Source: Glycera tridactyla
Lineage: Eukaryota
Assembly (NCBI GenBank): GCA_965644265.1
Contig: OZ286459.1
Span: 108,004,001 to 108,068,000 of the forward strand
Direction of reading: 5' to 3'
DNA: 64,000 nt
Positions 50,936 through 64,000 of the stretch are shown one piece after another. Each line of letters starts with the position of its first letter. The stretch's first letter is position 1. The position numbers and the translations under genes were made by a program. Under the pieces are notes generated by a model. That model saw nothing but the letters and a program-made list of their open reading frames with translations. It was not told the origin of the DNA and made no database searches.

Positions 50936-51939
50936 CCAACGAAGACGAGGACGTCAGCAACCAGTGAGAATGACGTACTTATCACGTGATATTCATGAAT
51001 CATGACGCGATCATGTCACCTGACAAAAACAGGAGCAGAGGCGGAGTATTGATCGGACAAACCGGCCCGATGTGAGGCGGTCAGGTGAAAAATGGACGGT
51101 CAACACAGTGCATCTGACGTGTATTTACGCGACGTCAAATAGTGCTGGGCTTCAGCAGACTCCGCCGAGGCAGTTACAGGCCTGATCGATCCTTATGCAA
51201 GTGGGAAACCTCCATCAATTTGGAGCAGTTCAAGTCCTAAGCACACACAGTTCCACCAAAATACACATTCACAAAATGAATTATAAATGAACATCCAGGC
51301 CATGCTGAATGGGATTATCTTGAGCCAGTTGTAGTCATCCATCAAGTAGAATTTGAAAGATTGTCTCTTTAAGCATGTCATGTATCCCTGGTTTGATTCC
51401 ATCTGCCCATACCTAATTTTGGTCATGAAATAAATGCAATAAGCAAATGAGGCCATACTTGATAGCTATGGCTTTCAGACCTCATAGTTTTCGCAAAGAA
51501 CGTGGTATGAGCTAGTAGTAAGTTCGAGATGTTTCTATCGCAGTGAACCCGAAATGACTGTGCTAGGTGAGGGACAGGATGCTGATGGTCAGACTCTAAT
51601 ATGGTTAAAATGGTGCACTTAGTCAGGCTAGTTGGGACATGATGTATGTCAGTCCCAGTGGTCAAGAATGGCCGCATATCGGCACGCCCTGATCATTATC
51701 GTGAAAGATGGGCAAGCTGCTAGCTCATCTAAGGCCAATACTCCACAAAACTGAGAAGTGCTCTTTACATGTGCAATCAGATTCATATCAGCATCTTCAC
51801 AGTATCTCTGTATCTGTATATGGATCAGAGTATCAGTACAAGTATCTTTAGCTGCATCTATATTAGTAACAGTATCTGTATCACCATCTCTATCAATATC
51901 AGTATCAGTGTATCATTACAAGTATCTACCATATGTATT

Positions 51940-51985
<46 letters not shown>

Positions 51986-52030
51986 GGTGGCGGTGGTGGT
52001 GATGGTGGTGATGGTCACGTGGTGGTGAAT
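51940..52030. repeat. (TAG)n(TGG)n repeat
   Basis: Visible in the sequence. Confidence 0.9.
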
Positions 52031-53589
52031 GTAGTGAAGTTGGTGAGATCACACGTCCTCGGGATATTTGTTTCAACCTTGCGACAAACGAAGAATACGA
52101 CCATTCCAACTCTTGCATGTGCAAGGCTTAAAGACCGACAGAAGTGAGGATGATGTTGAGAAGGCAAGTGAAAAGCTCTCGTGTTTACGAGGCAAGAGGG
52201 CGACAAGTCTTGTGTAATCTGAGAAGTGAACAAAGGTAGCATAACTGGCATCTGGTGGCGACGGGGATAATCAACCAAGAAGCATGTTACGTCGGCTTCA
52301 TTGTTCCCTTCCTAATGGCGTCGGTTGTCAGCGCTGATCATGTGTCACCGTTTCCATGCCACCTCCACCCCGAAAGTAGAATACCCATCCCCTTCATCCT
52401 TTCCTCTAACAGACCCAGACCTTGACAATAGCCCCAATTCGGGAAGAAGATTCGCCAAGGACCGAGTTGGCGACTGCGCAAGTCGCAGATGTAACATAAG
52501 TGTTGTTGGTGACGTCACAAAGCGTCAAGTTGAGGTACTTCCGCGCACTAGAGATGTCACCGCGAGTGTCCCTTTCCCGCTACATGTGTTACATTTCAAA
52601 ATTTTCAAAATTGATTAATTGATTGATTGACTAATTGTGTAAGGTTTTATATGGTCCATACTAGAAGTCACCAATGTAGTGAGATGATTCCTGGATAGGG
52701 AAAACACAGGAGTTTGTCAACAGGTAAATGCAGCAACTGCCACGCACTTAATCGTGAATACTACACCTAATATCAGCCCGAGTTCTGGCAATCAAATGAG
52801 GCCATAAGATAATTTGACAGGCATGAGAGCAGTATAAAGCGTTCCGTTATCGGCCAACTTGCATACTTCACGCCTTGATGACTATATTGTGATGTCAAGT
52901 TTATGATTTAAATGCAAGGGGTTGTTGTCTATTACTGCTGTGAGGGGAGGAGATTAGGTCAACAGGATTCCGAATTTACAATGACAAAAGTACCAATCAA
53001 AAATGCTAGATTCTGCCCCCAAAATACTGTACACCAACAACAGCTATAATTCCGACATCACAGGCTTAAAGATGATATGATCGCTATAGGGTATATATAA
53101 CACGAATGAGGTCATATGAGGAGGGGGAGAGCTGTTTTTTCAAGTTTTTTGTTGATTCAGTGGATATGGTTTATCATGGAGATTGGTGAGAATTCTCGGT
53201 GGGACGAGCAATCATTGGCGAGCCAATTAAGGCAGCTTATTTTGTGGGTGATGATGATGATTAGGGTTGTAAGTGGCTGTGATTACCTTCTTCTCTAACA
53301 CGGCACCCATGAAATATTATCGGCCTAGCTCCACAAGACAGCCTGCACATGCACACACCCTCCTCCTCCTATCTCTCTCGCTGGATTGCAGGCTTCTAGG
53401 TGGTTAGCAACGCAGGTCTGATAACACTACAAAAGCTGGGGATCCATTAGACCTGCTGGAAGTCCTACATCTCATGTTTGTCTGCCATTCACTTTCGAGG
53501 AGGACCAGGGCAAGGGGCACACCATCAACCAGAACAGCAAAAACAACAACCAGAACATCTACAGCTACGATCAAAAGGACAAGTTCTAG

Positions 53590-53820
53590 AGAAGTGCAGA
53601 TGAAGAAAAGGAAGACAATAGAGAAGACCGCGAAGAAAAGGAGGAAGAGAACAGAAGAAAGGGAAGAAGAAGAAAAAGCCAAGGAAGAAGAAGAAGAAGA
53701 AGAAGAAGAAGAAGAAAGAAAAGAAGAAAAAGAGGAGGGAGAGGGGAGAGGAAGAAGGGGGAAAGTGGGAAGAGAAGATGAGAGGAAGGGGAAAATAGGG
53801 AAAGGGGAGGGGAGAAGAAG

Positions 53821-53852
<32 letters not shown>

Positions 53853-53905
53853 GGAGGAGGAGAAGAAGAAGAAGAAGGAGAAGAAGAAGAAGTAGTAGAT
53901 GAAGA
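53590..53905. repeat. (GAA)n / purine tract
   Basis: Visible in the sequence; source of the poly-E/R and poly-L/S ORFs. Confidence 0.93.
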
Positions 53906-54393
53906 GGAGTAAGGAAATACGATCCGGGAATCATCATCGACCTGGATCTACATGTGGGTTACTAATAAGACTGCGTCAGTACTATTCCATGAATAACGAT
54001 GTTGATTTCTTCTGACTACGTATTTCAACAACAACGATGCCGATGCCTTAGCTAGACGTCAATTGATGATAGGATGCGCCTAATGACGTCACACGTAACT
54101 ACGTCTCCGTCCTCTTGAGCAGGAAATCGCCAAGCTCATTCGGCAAATTGCTACCAAATACTGGCACCGATTTGAAATGTCCTGTTTGCTCCCGTCTTGC
54201 TGCATCCTGTGGTGAGGTCATCAACGACGTGAGACAACCGTCACCTAACTTCCGCTTCCGTTCACTAATGACGTAGACTTTGCGTTAATGACGTCAGCAA
54301 GATGAGGGATCGTGATAAATGTGATAACTATATCAAGGACGTAATAACAAGCATTCCTCATACTTATATCCAGGGCAGTACAGACCGTAGATA

Positions 54394-54549
54394 CAGTCAA
54401 ACCTGCGTGAGGGATCGCCTCTATACAAAAGCCACCTTGCCTATAGAAACCACTCTGAGATGTTACCATGATTGCAATTTCCAAAGTAAACAACCTCTCT
54501 ACAATGACTACTTTCTGATGAGACCAAGGGTGGTCCTTATATGCTGAAC
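54394..54549. mobile_element. MITE of the TACAGTCAAACCTG family
   Basis: Starts TA-CAGTCAAACCTG, contains TATACAAAAGCCACC and ends ...GGTGGTCCTTATATGC with a decayed right TIR. Confidence 0.5.
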
Positions 54550-57500
54550 TACCAGGTACCTGATAATGGCAGCGGTGTCATTGGCAACGGTGGCAATGAT
54601 GGTGGTGGTAGCCAAGCAGTCAAATTCCACATTTTTCTCAACGCATCAGCCGAGGCAAGTCATCGTATGGATCATTTTTTCTATCATCAAAAATTGTGAA
54701 ACTGTTGACTTTTTTTATGGGATGAGTATCCTGAGCTCATGTTTCCAATTATGTGTTAGTTGCGGCATGTGTGGAGTGCTTTGTGAGGGATTTTCCGTCA
54801 CCTGCATACTGCTGATGTGGACACATTCCTTTGTCCCAAATACCCTCATCATATTTCTCATGGTAAAATATCCGGTCAAAATCAATCGCTGGAATTCCGA
54901 AGAGTTGCAAAAATGCAAGTGAGGTTGTTACATAGTTGCACAATATTGAGAGAAACTAGAAAATGTACCGGAATAGGAGAGTTATTGTAATTGTTCATCA
55001 CATTGTTGGTGTTGGGGTTGGTGTTGGTGCTGGTGATTGTGCTACCAGCATTGGTGATGGTGACGTCGACGGCGATAACAATGATCTTTTTTTTTCTATA
55101 TTCCCCTAGGAAATGTGACCGAAAAAGCAGTTGGACCACATCCACACCAATACTCACCACAGTTCTGAATAATGATATGGATGGGCCATGATACTATGCC
55201 AACCGCCTTTGTAATTAGAAGGTAGACCTGTACCGATGGGCACATGAAATTGGAAAGAGGCACATGGAATCATATACAAGGGGCCAAGATGGCACATACA
55301 TTCGAAAGTTACATGATAAGACTACATGGTTTGCGGCATATAAAAGTGTAAACTGGCTCATATAAATGTGCCCACAAAGGCCCATATATCCCGTTTAGTT
55401 GGGATAGCAATGTCCAAAGGAAGGTCAACAGTTTTGGAAGCTAGCTCATCGCTATTCTATACTGGAACAAGAGGATTATGTCAGGAGGCTGCTAGATGAT
55501 CTCTCCCACCGAGTGCATCATATCGAATTAGCTTAAGAATGAGATGGCTTTTGCTAGATGCTAAATCAATTTCCATCTCTCACAGCGCTTGCGGCACTTT
55601 TCTAGCCTCTAGATTCCGTGGGCGTCGCGTGCCTTCAAAACATCGTCAAAATAGACCGTACACCACCCACCCAACGTCTCAGGGACCCCGATATTATGAT
55701 CAGTGAACCCTGCTGAATTCCTACTTGTTTTGAAACGTCCATTTTGGTATTGTACCATACAAATCTACACATTCTGGTCATTCGGAAATGTCTATTCCTT
55801 TACATGATGAATGGCTTTGTCATTTCATACACGTGTATCTATTCAGATATCGTTCGCACCTCTTCGAAATGACCATCCCACTTGAAGAGTCATCAGTGTA
55901 TTCGATGCAACTACCTAATAGGTACCTATCGGATCCCCGCTTGTGTGTTTTCATCCAAAATTCACCTCTATTTGACTATACCTGTCTTACACAACCACTT
56001 TTTGCATTTCTAGGAACTGTCGTTTATTATATTTTTTGATTGTATATGGCATTATATATCTCTGCATAACTCTTCAATTTTGAGTATCAGAATGCATCTA
56101 GATATAAGCGTTCCGGTGATATATGTCTGCATTGGCGGAGCTTTGTGTATATTGATGAAGATAGAAGCAATGAAGATGGGTTTATTAAAGCCGTGTTCAA
56201 CACAGCGTGTGGCAATCTCAGTTAGCCTCTTGTGGCCTCCTATCATCCCAGGCGGGCTGCAGGACAAGATAGCAGCTAGCCAATGACCAGTTAACCACCC
56301 CAAGGTCATCTGTCTAAGGTCACTTTCATTCGGGTGACATTCGAGTGAGCAGCACGGAATTTAGAGATAACTGCGCAATTACGTTCATCCCTAGAAAAAT
56401 CATAGTGAACGTGTCCTCAAATCACAGTTGAGGAAATAGCGCGAGAAATTATCATGTTGATGAGTAGAGATGTAGAGATTGAATAGCACATGGATGTGTG
56501 GGGCTCCCATGAGGGCCAGCTCGGCCCCTCGGGGAGAACGCAGAGGCGTTCCGCTTGACCCGAACGCCGATCGCTCGCTGCGCCCGCCGGGAATACGCGA
56601 GAAGGCCCGCTCTCTCGCTCTCTCCCATATTGCCGTCGTAATATGCACTATTTTACCACCAAAATAGACTCCCTAAAACGCTCGAAACATATCCTGTAAA
56701 TTTCTCAACGCAATCATCTCAAGTTCGACTTCAGTGGCTTTACAACCCACAGCCATTCACTGAAATATTCGTTAAAATTTCTAAAAATGATTTCAGGGGT
56801 ATATCTCTATGTCATTGTTGGAATGTGGATGATGATGGTTTGTTAAAATGAAGGGGTTAACTTGGCGGATATCTGTGACTACAAGCGAATATTTGATAAT
56901 ATGACTGCATTAACCATTGCCCCGTCACCCTCCTATCTATGCTGCCACCGATTGAGCAGGATCAAGGCTTATCTGCGCAGTCAGGTGCCCCCCTAATAGA
57001 AATCTCAATCAAACGTTCACTCAGACGTACCCTACATTTCTTGCAGAGGCTTGCCTTCCTCGCAATCATTACTGAGTCTACCAATACGCAAATAATCACA
57101 CAAGGAATCAAATATGCTAAAATGAATGTCCAAAGCAGTGATGCATAGTATCGCCACGTCTTAACAGCTGTTAATACAGAGGATTATCACCACATGTCTG
57201 TTCATGCAAGTATCGTAACCCGGAGAGGTCATCCGAAAATTTGGGAAAGTTTTTTCATTATTTTGATTTGGCAGATGTTAGCCTTGATGTATGATGCAAG
57301 CAATGCGTTCCTATGACAATTGCCAGTAATGCACATGTCTCTCTTCTTTTGATCGTGACGTCAACCTTGAGGTCGAGATGAAAACATATGAAAGAATTCA
57401 CATGGTTGATGGACTGTTATCTGTAAAACATAACTTACATCCGGTACGAGGTACGCATGTCTGATTTGACCCTGCGAATCTCTCTGTCTNNNNNNNNNNN

Positions 57501-60500
57501 NNNNNNNNNNNNNNNNNNNNNNNNNNNNNNNNNNNNNNNNNNNNNNNNNNNNNNNNNNNNNNNNNNNNNNNNNNNNNNNNNNNNNNNNNNNNNNNNNNNN
57601 NNNNNNNNNNNNNNNNNNNNNNNNNNNNNNNNNNNNNNNNNNNNNNNNNNNNNNNNNNNNNNNNNNNNNNNNNNNNNNNNNNNNNNNNNNNTCACCCATT
57701 TATCTATCCACCTATCTGTCTGTATGTCTGTCTGTCTGTCTACGATACTAGAGCATGGGTGGTAACATCTATGATTTGGAGGGGCTATCCACCTTGAGAA
57801 AACGTCGGACCTTTCCTAGATTTCAATAGAGAGACAAGGGTTTGGTTTGAGTGAACAGACTGTATTGGTGAGCTGTTTCTCTCTGTGTGAAAGGGAGAAG
57901 GGGGAGGAGGACGGGGAGGCGAATTGGTGAATCAAGGCATCGATAATAAACTATTAAGCAGACAATTGCCTGCAGTTGGTTGGGCACAGCGGTCCGGTAC
58001 GCTCTGGGACCTGACTACTGTGCACTGTGCCCCACCAGCCAATTTAGCTGAGAATGCCAATTACTGGCAAGACGGATAAGTCACAGCGACGTCCCATATC
58101 CACACACACACACGCACACACACGCACACACACACCCTGTGTACATTCTCTAGAGCTGCTCTATACCTTCTCCCGTATTATCACAAGACAGTTCAGGAGA
58201 AATATAGATTATATAAAACACCTAGTTAAACGATATTCATTTTTCCACTGGTCTCTTGGTACTTTCTGATGTTTGGTTGCTCTCAATCGAAATAATTTAT
58301 TGGTTTGGATTAGCCTGTGTTTTTATTACTCTGTCCCGCTCTCTCATTCTCTCACTTTTGTCACTCTGCCTATTGTGTACTCGATCCAAGGGGTGGGAAA
58401 ATACACCATCACACTCTTTTTGAGTGGATAAGAAGTGCTCTCTCTATTCGAATGTGGGAATGTACATGTATAGGTTCAGTGGCTGGCTGATGGCATTCCA
58501 TGATGTCCAGCATGCTTGGGCCTTTCATTAGTCACAGCACATAATTCAAGTAACGGTTTCTCTCTGACCGACCATTAGCTTGACACTTTGTTTATATACG
58601 CGGAGCCCTTGATATTTCGCCCATCTAGCCGGACAGTTGGCTTTTGAATTAACCACAAAGAGTTGGCGACAAAGCGCGAAGGTGATGGCTTTTGGGAAAG
58701 TGGAAATGAGAAATCAGATTCTTAAATGTATGCTTCACAGGTCAAATCCAGACACACACACACGCACGCACGCACGCACGCACACATACACACACGCATA
58801 TTACTCACAAACACACATGAGAACTCAAACAATCACATGAACGCGACCCCCCCCCCACACACACACACGCACACGCCCATCTTGACATACTCTCAGCCGG
58901 GAATATGCTAAACCAACCATTCCTTCCGTTTCGGGTGTTTCATTTTTGCCTCGTCTTTCTCATATTCTGACCTGGTAGAGCAGACAAAATACGGATCGAA
59001 AACGGGAAATTCGCCATATTTGCATCAGGAATGGAAGGCCATAAAGCTGGGGGTAGAGTTGTCGTGTGATTGGCAATGACAGGCAGGCGTAAATGGGCAG
59101 AGTGTAAGCGACTAATACAGGAGCCGACCTTACTGTCATTACATGAAACATTACTTAGTCCAGCCATCACCATGGGATCGGGCATTCCAAGAGCTACATC
59201 ACGGCAAGATGCTCCCATCACGCCGCACCGCATCACTCCCCAAGGAGGCTGAGACAGTGCCAGCAGAACGGGAGGCAATCACTGCTAGCAACCGCACTGC
59301 CTTTGTCTTTTATTGGAAGAAATTGAGAGAGTGGCATTCGCGGAGATTGGAGGATGTAAAGTGAGATGTGATGGATGATGCTGAGGTCTCCAGATGTGAT
59401 CTCTGCATCCTCAACAATCAGGATTAACCAAGAGATGACCAGGGTGATGTCTCCTTTCTCGGCACCGCATACCTCTTATAGTATAATAAATACAACATGC
59501 TACCCCAAGACATAGCATTTCTGTTCAAATGTGAATCACGAATAAATTCGACAGTTCCAAAACTTTCCAATGTTCTGATAAACGAATCATGGTAGCTTGT
59601 TTGTACGTCGGTTTATTTGCTGGTAGGATCCTCGATTGGTTTGCTTGGCTTTTCGGACTAGGAGTTATCAGGTGTCAGGTAAGGTACAATCATCTCCCCT
59701 TGGTTAGACTCCGAACTCTTGTCGAACATGTGAAAACAGTGCGAATCATTAGGAAAGACGGGGCACATCTCGCCATGGTGTAGACAGACACCTGAGCCAA
59801 GGCGTCGGTGATACATCCAAAAAATAACCAAATTGTCAGAATCCCCAGATAGCAATCCAAGATAATGGAGTACCCGACTGAGAATCAGGCTCAAATCCTA
59901 CCCATCCACTCCAACACACACCTGTGCGCACGCACACACATATTCACACGCGCACGCACGTACGCAAATATGCACGCATACACCTTTCTTAAATTCTATG
60001 CTGTGCTTAAAATCCAATACACACCTGGTGCCGAGCCAGAGATGAGCCGATGGTGGTATGATTCAACTATTATAAAAGGTCATTGTGCCAGTTTTTTTCG
60101 GGAAAAGATTCAGCCATATGACCTCAATCGAGAGTGACAGTATTTCATATTTCATACGCTAGATGCCGTTATGATTTCATTATCGAGACTAATACTGTGC
60201 ATTGTGTCATTATTCATTCATGCCTTTCTTCATTGCTGCGATTAATACAGCCATGTGTTACTACTGCAGGGCGGTCATATAAACCCTCCATCCCTGGATC
60301 TTCCAGATTCCATTTCTGGTATTTTTTTTATTTTCTAATACTTTTTATTTTTTCATTATTTCTCCACTTGATATATAAACACATTGATAATAAACACGAG
60401 ATTTGTTGCTGAGAATAAGGAGAATTCAACTGCATTGGTTGAGTGCAACGATTTTAATGATGAGCGTTGCTCACTTCTAGCTCAAGTTTTATCGCAACCC

Positions 60501-61224
60501 TATCACAACCCACCGCCAATACAAATCTTGCTATCTCATTAAAACGGGTTCCAGATGATGCAATTAGAGCAGTAGGTCTATTCGACCAATCAGAGGGGCC
60601 CGCCTCAAGCTGGTTTTCATCATTAAGAGCTAGGTACCTTAATCAGGTTAAGCTCCGACAACATAAGCATGAGAAGATTCGCTGCGCTTTCATCTTCCCA
60701 ATCGCGACTAGCTAAATATTTTGCGGCCACTTGTGGGTGTTGTGTGGGAGATTGGATGGTGGTGTGGGGGAAAGATGGCCGCCGGGAAGATAGAGAAAGT
60801 GAAGGGAGGGGGTGATGCTTCCGCAAACAAACGTCTGATGGGAAGGATGAAGCTTTGATGGTTGGGTCTGCCTTGTCGCTATTCTTACCGCCCTGCGGGC
60901 ACCATCACCTTGAAACCTACATGACAAGCACAGGGTAGCCAACACACTCACTCTACTAGCACAGATTCTATACTAACTTACCCTCTGGCTTTATCTCACA
61001 AACTGACACACACACGCACGCACACACGCATCCACGCACACACAACACACACACACCCTTTGGTTCTCTCCCTTTCTATCACTCTCTCTTTTGAGCTTGG
61101 GTGTCTGAGTTTCATGAATATTTCCCTGCCATTGAATCCCCAGAAGAGTCCTGAATGATTCCACCAATGTGCATTACATGGGCGCCTCAATATAGCCCAG
61201 GTGGTGCTCATGGGACCAGTCAAC

Positions 61225-61417
61225 CATCCGACCAACCGACCAACCAACTAACCAACCAACTTACCAACCAACCAACCGACCATCTATCTCTGTCTCTCTC
61301 TGTCTCTGTCTCTCTCTGTCTCCCCCTCACTCTCTCTCTCGCTCTCTCTCGCCCCTCTCTCTCCCTCCCTCTCTGGCTGTCTGTCTGTCTCTGTCTGTCT
61401 CTGTCTGTCTCTCTCTG
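61225..61417. repeat. (CCAA)n followed by (CT/CTGT)n
   Basis: Visible in the sequence. Confidence 0.9.
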
Positions 61418-63194
61418 ATGACAGTCCATCCGTGCTCAATCAGAGTAGTGTCTCAGATGATGGCGGGCCCCTCGTGATATAGAAGCCCGAGAGGAAATCA
61501 GATATGACAGAGTTGCTGGCCTGTGCTCTGCAAATGTGCAGGCGCCCCAACACGCCAGCTAAATCATTATAGTATTTAGTTTCCAGTCCCAGTCACATGT
61601 CTAGTCCCCCTCCTCCTACCCTCCCACCCATCCTCGTCAGCAAGCATCTCATCCGTCCATTCCATCTGAATTTAATTGTTGGACAGTTCGAGTAGATAAT
61701 CTTGGCATGTCCTGTCAATTACTTCTATAGTTACTTCTATAGAGTTCCAATGAGTGGTGTGGTGATAGATATGTTCCCCTTGCCGAGGTTGTATTGTGCA
61801 ACCATATGGCAATTCAATCTACCTTGGTCAATGGAGGATACTCNNNNNNNNNNNNNNNNNNNNNNNNNNNNNNNNNNNNNNNNNNNNNNNNNNNNNNNNN
61901 NNNNNNNNNNNNNNNNNNNNNNNNNNNNNNNNNNNNNNNNNNNNNNNNNNNNNNNNNNNNNNNNNNNNNNNNCAAAACCACCATCATCACCAACAGCATT
62001 GATGCCACCCATTTAATGACCGTGACAGGTAATGCCTAGGACAGGGACACAAGAGGTGATACAAAACTGATCCAATCTTAGGCGGAATCAAGGTCAACAG
62101 TCCAATGTGACTGGGGTAGGATGAGCATCAGGGGATAAACAACTGGTGAAATCAGTCAGACCTGCTGTATTATACGTAGAAGAAATGATGGGACGCAGCA
62201 TGGGTGTATTATCTAGACAATGCCAATCCTGCAAGCAGGAGACACCTGCATAAACTGACTGTCACATCTCATCTCCTCATTATCAGCCTCGCCACAAATT
62301 AGATTAACCCTCCTGTGGATAACAAACATTGCCATTAATGTCGGCACAGATCTCCTCCTATAGTCTGTTCCCCATCTATAGTCTGTTCCAACGGACATGT
62401 TGCATTGGAGATTAAGGGTGAGAAGGGAGAGAGAAGAGAGAAGGAGATGAGGAGAGAGAGAGCGAGAGAGAGAAGNNNNNNNNNNNNNNNNNNNNNNNNN
62501 NNNNNNNNNNNNNNNNNNNNNNNNNNNNNNNNNNNNNNNNNNNNNNNNNNNNNNNNNNNNNNNNNNNNNNNNNNNNNNNNNNNNNNNNNNNNNNNNNNNN
62601 NNNNNNNNNNNNNNNNNNNNNNNNNNNNNNNNNNNNNNNNNNNNNNNNNNNNNNNNNNNNNNNNNNNNNNNNNNNNNNNNNNNNNNNNNNNNNNNNNNNN
62701 NNNNNNNNNNNNNNNNNNNNNNNNNNNNNNNNNNNNNNNNNNNNNNNNNNATGAGTAGTGTTCACTTCTTGGCGGAACTTGGTAAAGGAAAGTAATGACA
62801 ATGAAGGAGGCAGTTACTGTGGTGTTAATACGATTAAACACTTGAAACCCTTGAGCTGAGTTCACTGGATTTCGCTTATTTGCACAGCACTCGGGAATCA
62901 AGTAGAGCAGGGTGATTAAAGTCCAGACTCTTTATTTGCTCTTGATTGGTGGCGTAGAGTAGCAGTGAACAAGGATCAAACACCACTTCACTGTCACTCT
63001 GATCCTTTAGAAAACGCCGACATTCCAGTTCTCCTATTACAGATCACTATCAATTGCTTTTCAATCGATGGGAAGTCTGTAAATCGGGACATTCAACAGT
63101 GAGTAGTGATTTGGTTCTCTGTGTAGTGTTAGATATTCGCCTGGACAAGTGCTCTGCTTTGTTATGGTGCGGTTTTCAAGGATCACCAATACTG

Positions 63195-63390
63195 CCACCA
63201 CCACCATCATTACCAATACCATACCATCATCAGAACCACTACCACCATCATGACCACCACCGCTACCACCGCTACCACCCCCAACACCACCATCATCACC
63301 ACCATCGCTATCGTCGCTGATGTCATCATAGTCATTACTCCCGTCGCCACAACGACCACCACTACCAACAATACCGCCACCACCACCATC
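63195..63390. repeat. (CAC/CAT)n degenerate repeat
   Basis: Visible in the sequence. Confidence 0.85.
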
Positions 63391-64000
63391 AAGATCGAAA
63401 CCGGATGATTCATCCAGCGAGCTAACAATGGGAACAGCTCCCAATTCAGCGGTTCCCTCCGTTCAGTAAGTGTGAAGTTCAGGAGTCAATGAGACCTGGT
63501 TGGTTGGGAAATGCGGTTGTTTCGTGCCTCTCTGGCGAAGACGTGACAAATCGCGAGAAAGCTCGGGAGAGCTGCGAGATGCTACTGTGACTTTCCCCAC
63601 CCCTATTATCACCCAGCCAGGAATATGAGCGAAGGAGATGTAGAGTTGGCGATAATTGGTTCCGGATGACCATTTTAATACCACAGGCAATTACAAAGTC
63701 ATTAACTCAGAGAAAACGCATTGCAAGTATTCAACAGAGTTATAATATTTAAGAATTCATTCAATTCTCGATTTGACCACTAGTGATTTTTTTTCCTAAA
63801 TTGAAATAACTCAATATCGTCATTTTTATTTGGAAAATATATCAGGCGAATATATTGTCAATTCTTTCCGCAACCAATGAGAGAAATACGCATGACGTGT
63901 CCTGTTCGGGCAAGGTGGAGAGGCGGCAGTCCGATCGTCATCAAGGTTTCGCGGCTCGGAATTTTTCGCCTCTCGGTTACTGATGGGATCGATCAGTGTC

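Larger units (their letters stand above)
267..62750. other. 14 N-runs (assembly gaps or masked simple repeats)
   Basis: 267-404, 19357-19696, 21168-21343, 25650-25869, 26447-26667, 32712-32845, 33780-34067, 35561-35830, 38863-39054, 39577-39758, 43573-43762, 57490-57691, 61844-61972, 62476-62750. Many abut microsatellites. Confidence 0.95.

Noticed and set aside
53404-53937. 177-aa poly-L/S and 142-aa poly-E/R ORFs
   Set aside because: Translations of the (GAA)n microsatellite.
57439-57471. 33-nt candidate microexon (cag|...GAT|gtaagt), phase-compatible with exon 4
   Set aside because: Purine-rich acceptor region next to a gap and no AP-2 similarity; unsupported without RNA data.
60889-60916. 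28-nt candidate exon (tag|GTTTCAAG...GGCG|gtaaga)
   Set aside because: The frame needed to join exon 4 contains TGA, and there is no AP-2 similarity.

Overview
Eukaryotic (invertebrate metazoan-type) genomic DNA, rich in microsatellites, with 14 N-runs. The one host gene I can support is an AP-2 family transcription factor (TFAP2 / TfAP-2) on the minus strand. I recognised exons equivalent to vertebrate exons 4 (44022-44217), 6 (18432-18573) and 7 (17762-18059). Its 5' exons were not found and probably lie beyond 64000. The standout feature is that the 119-nt exon 5, which encodes the basic DNA-binding segment, occurs as three intact tandem copies (29426-29544, 29244-29362, 29072-29190). Each copy has its own AG/GT sites and the same phase, they are separated by only 63 and 53 nt, and they encode three different peptides. 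Any combination other than exactly one copy gives a premature stop, so this looks like a mutually exclusive exon cassette that swaps part of the AP-2 DNA-binding domain. The 63-nt spacer also carries short antisense matches to both flanking constitutive splice sites. The left end holds a decayed Academ(X)-type DNA transposon (XPG/FEN1-like nuclease plus Cys-rich tail) whose 3' part is amplified as a 4 x 1309-bp tandem array. Several small Tc1/mariner-type MITEs and simple repeats make up the rest. All translations and alignments were done by eye, and reference sequences are recalled from memory.
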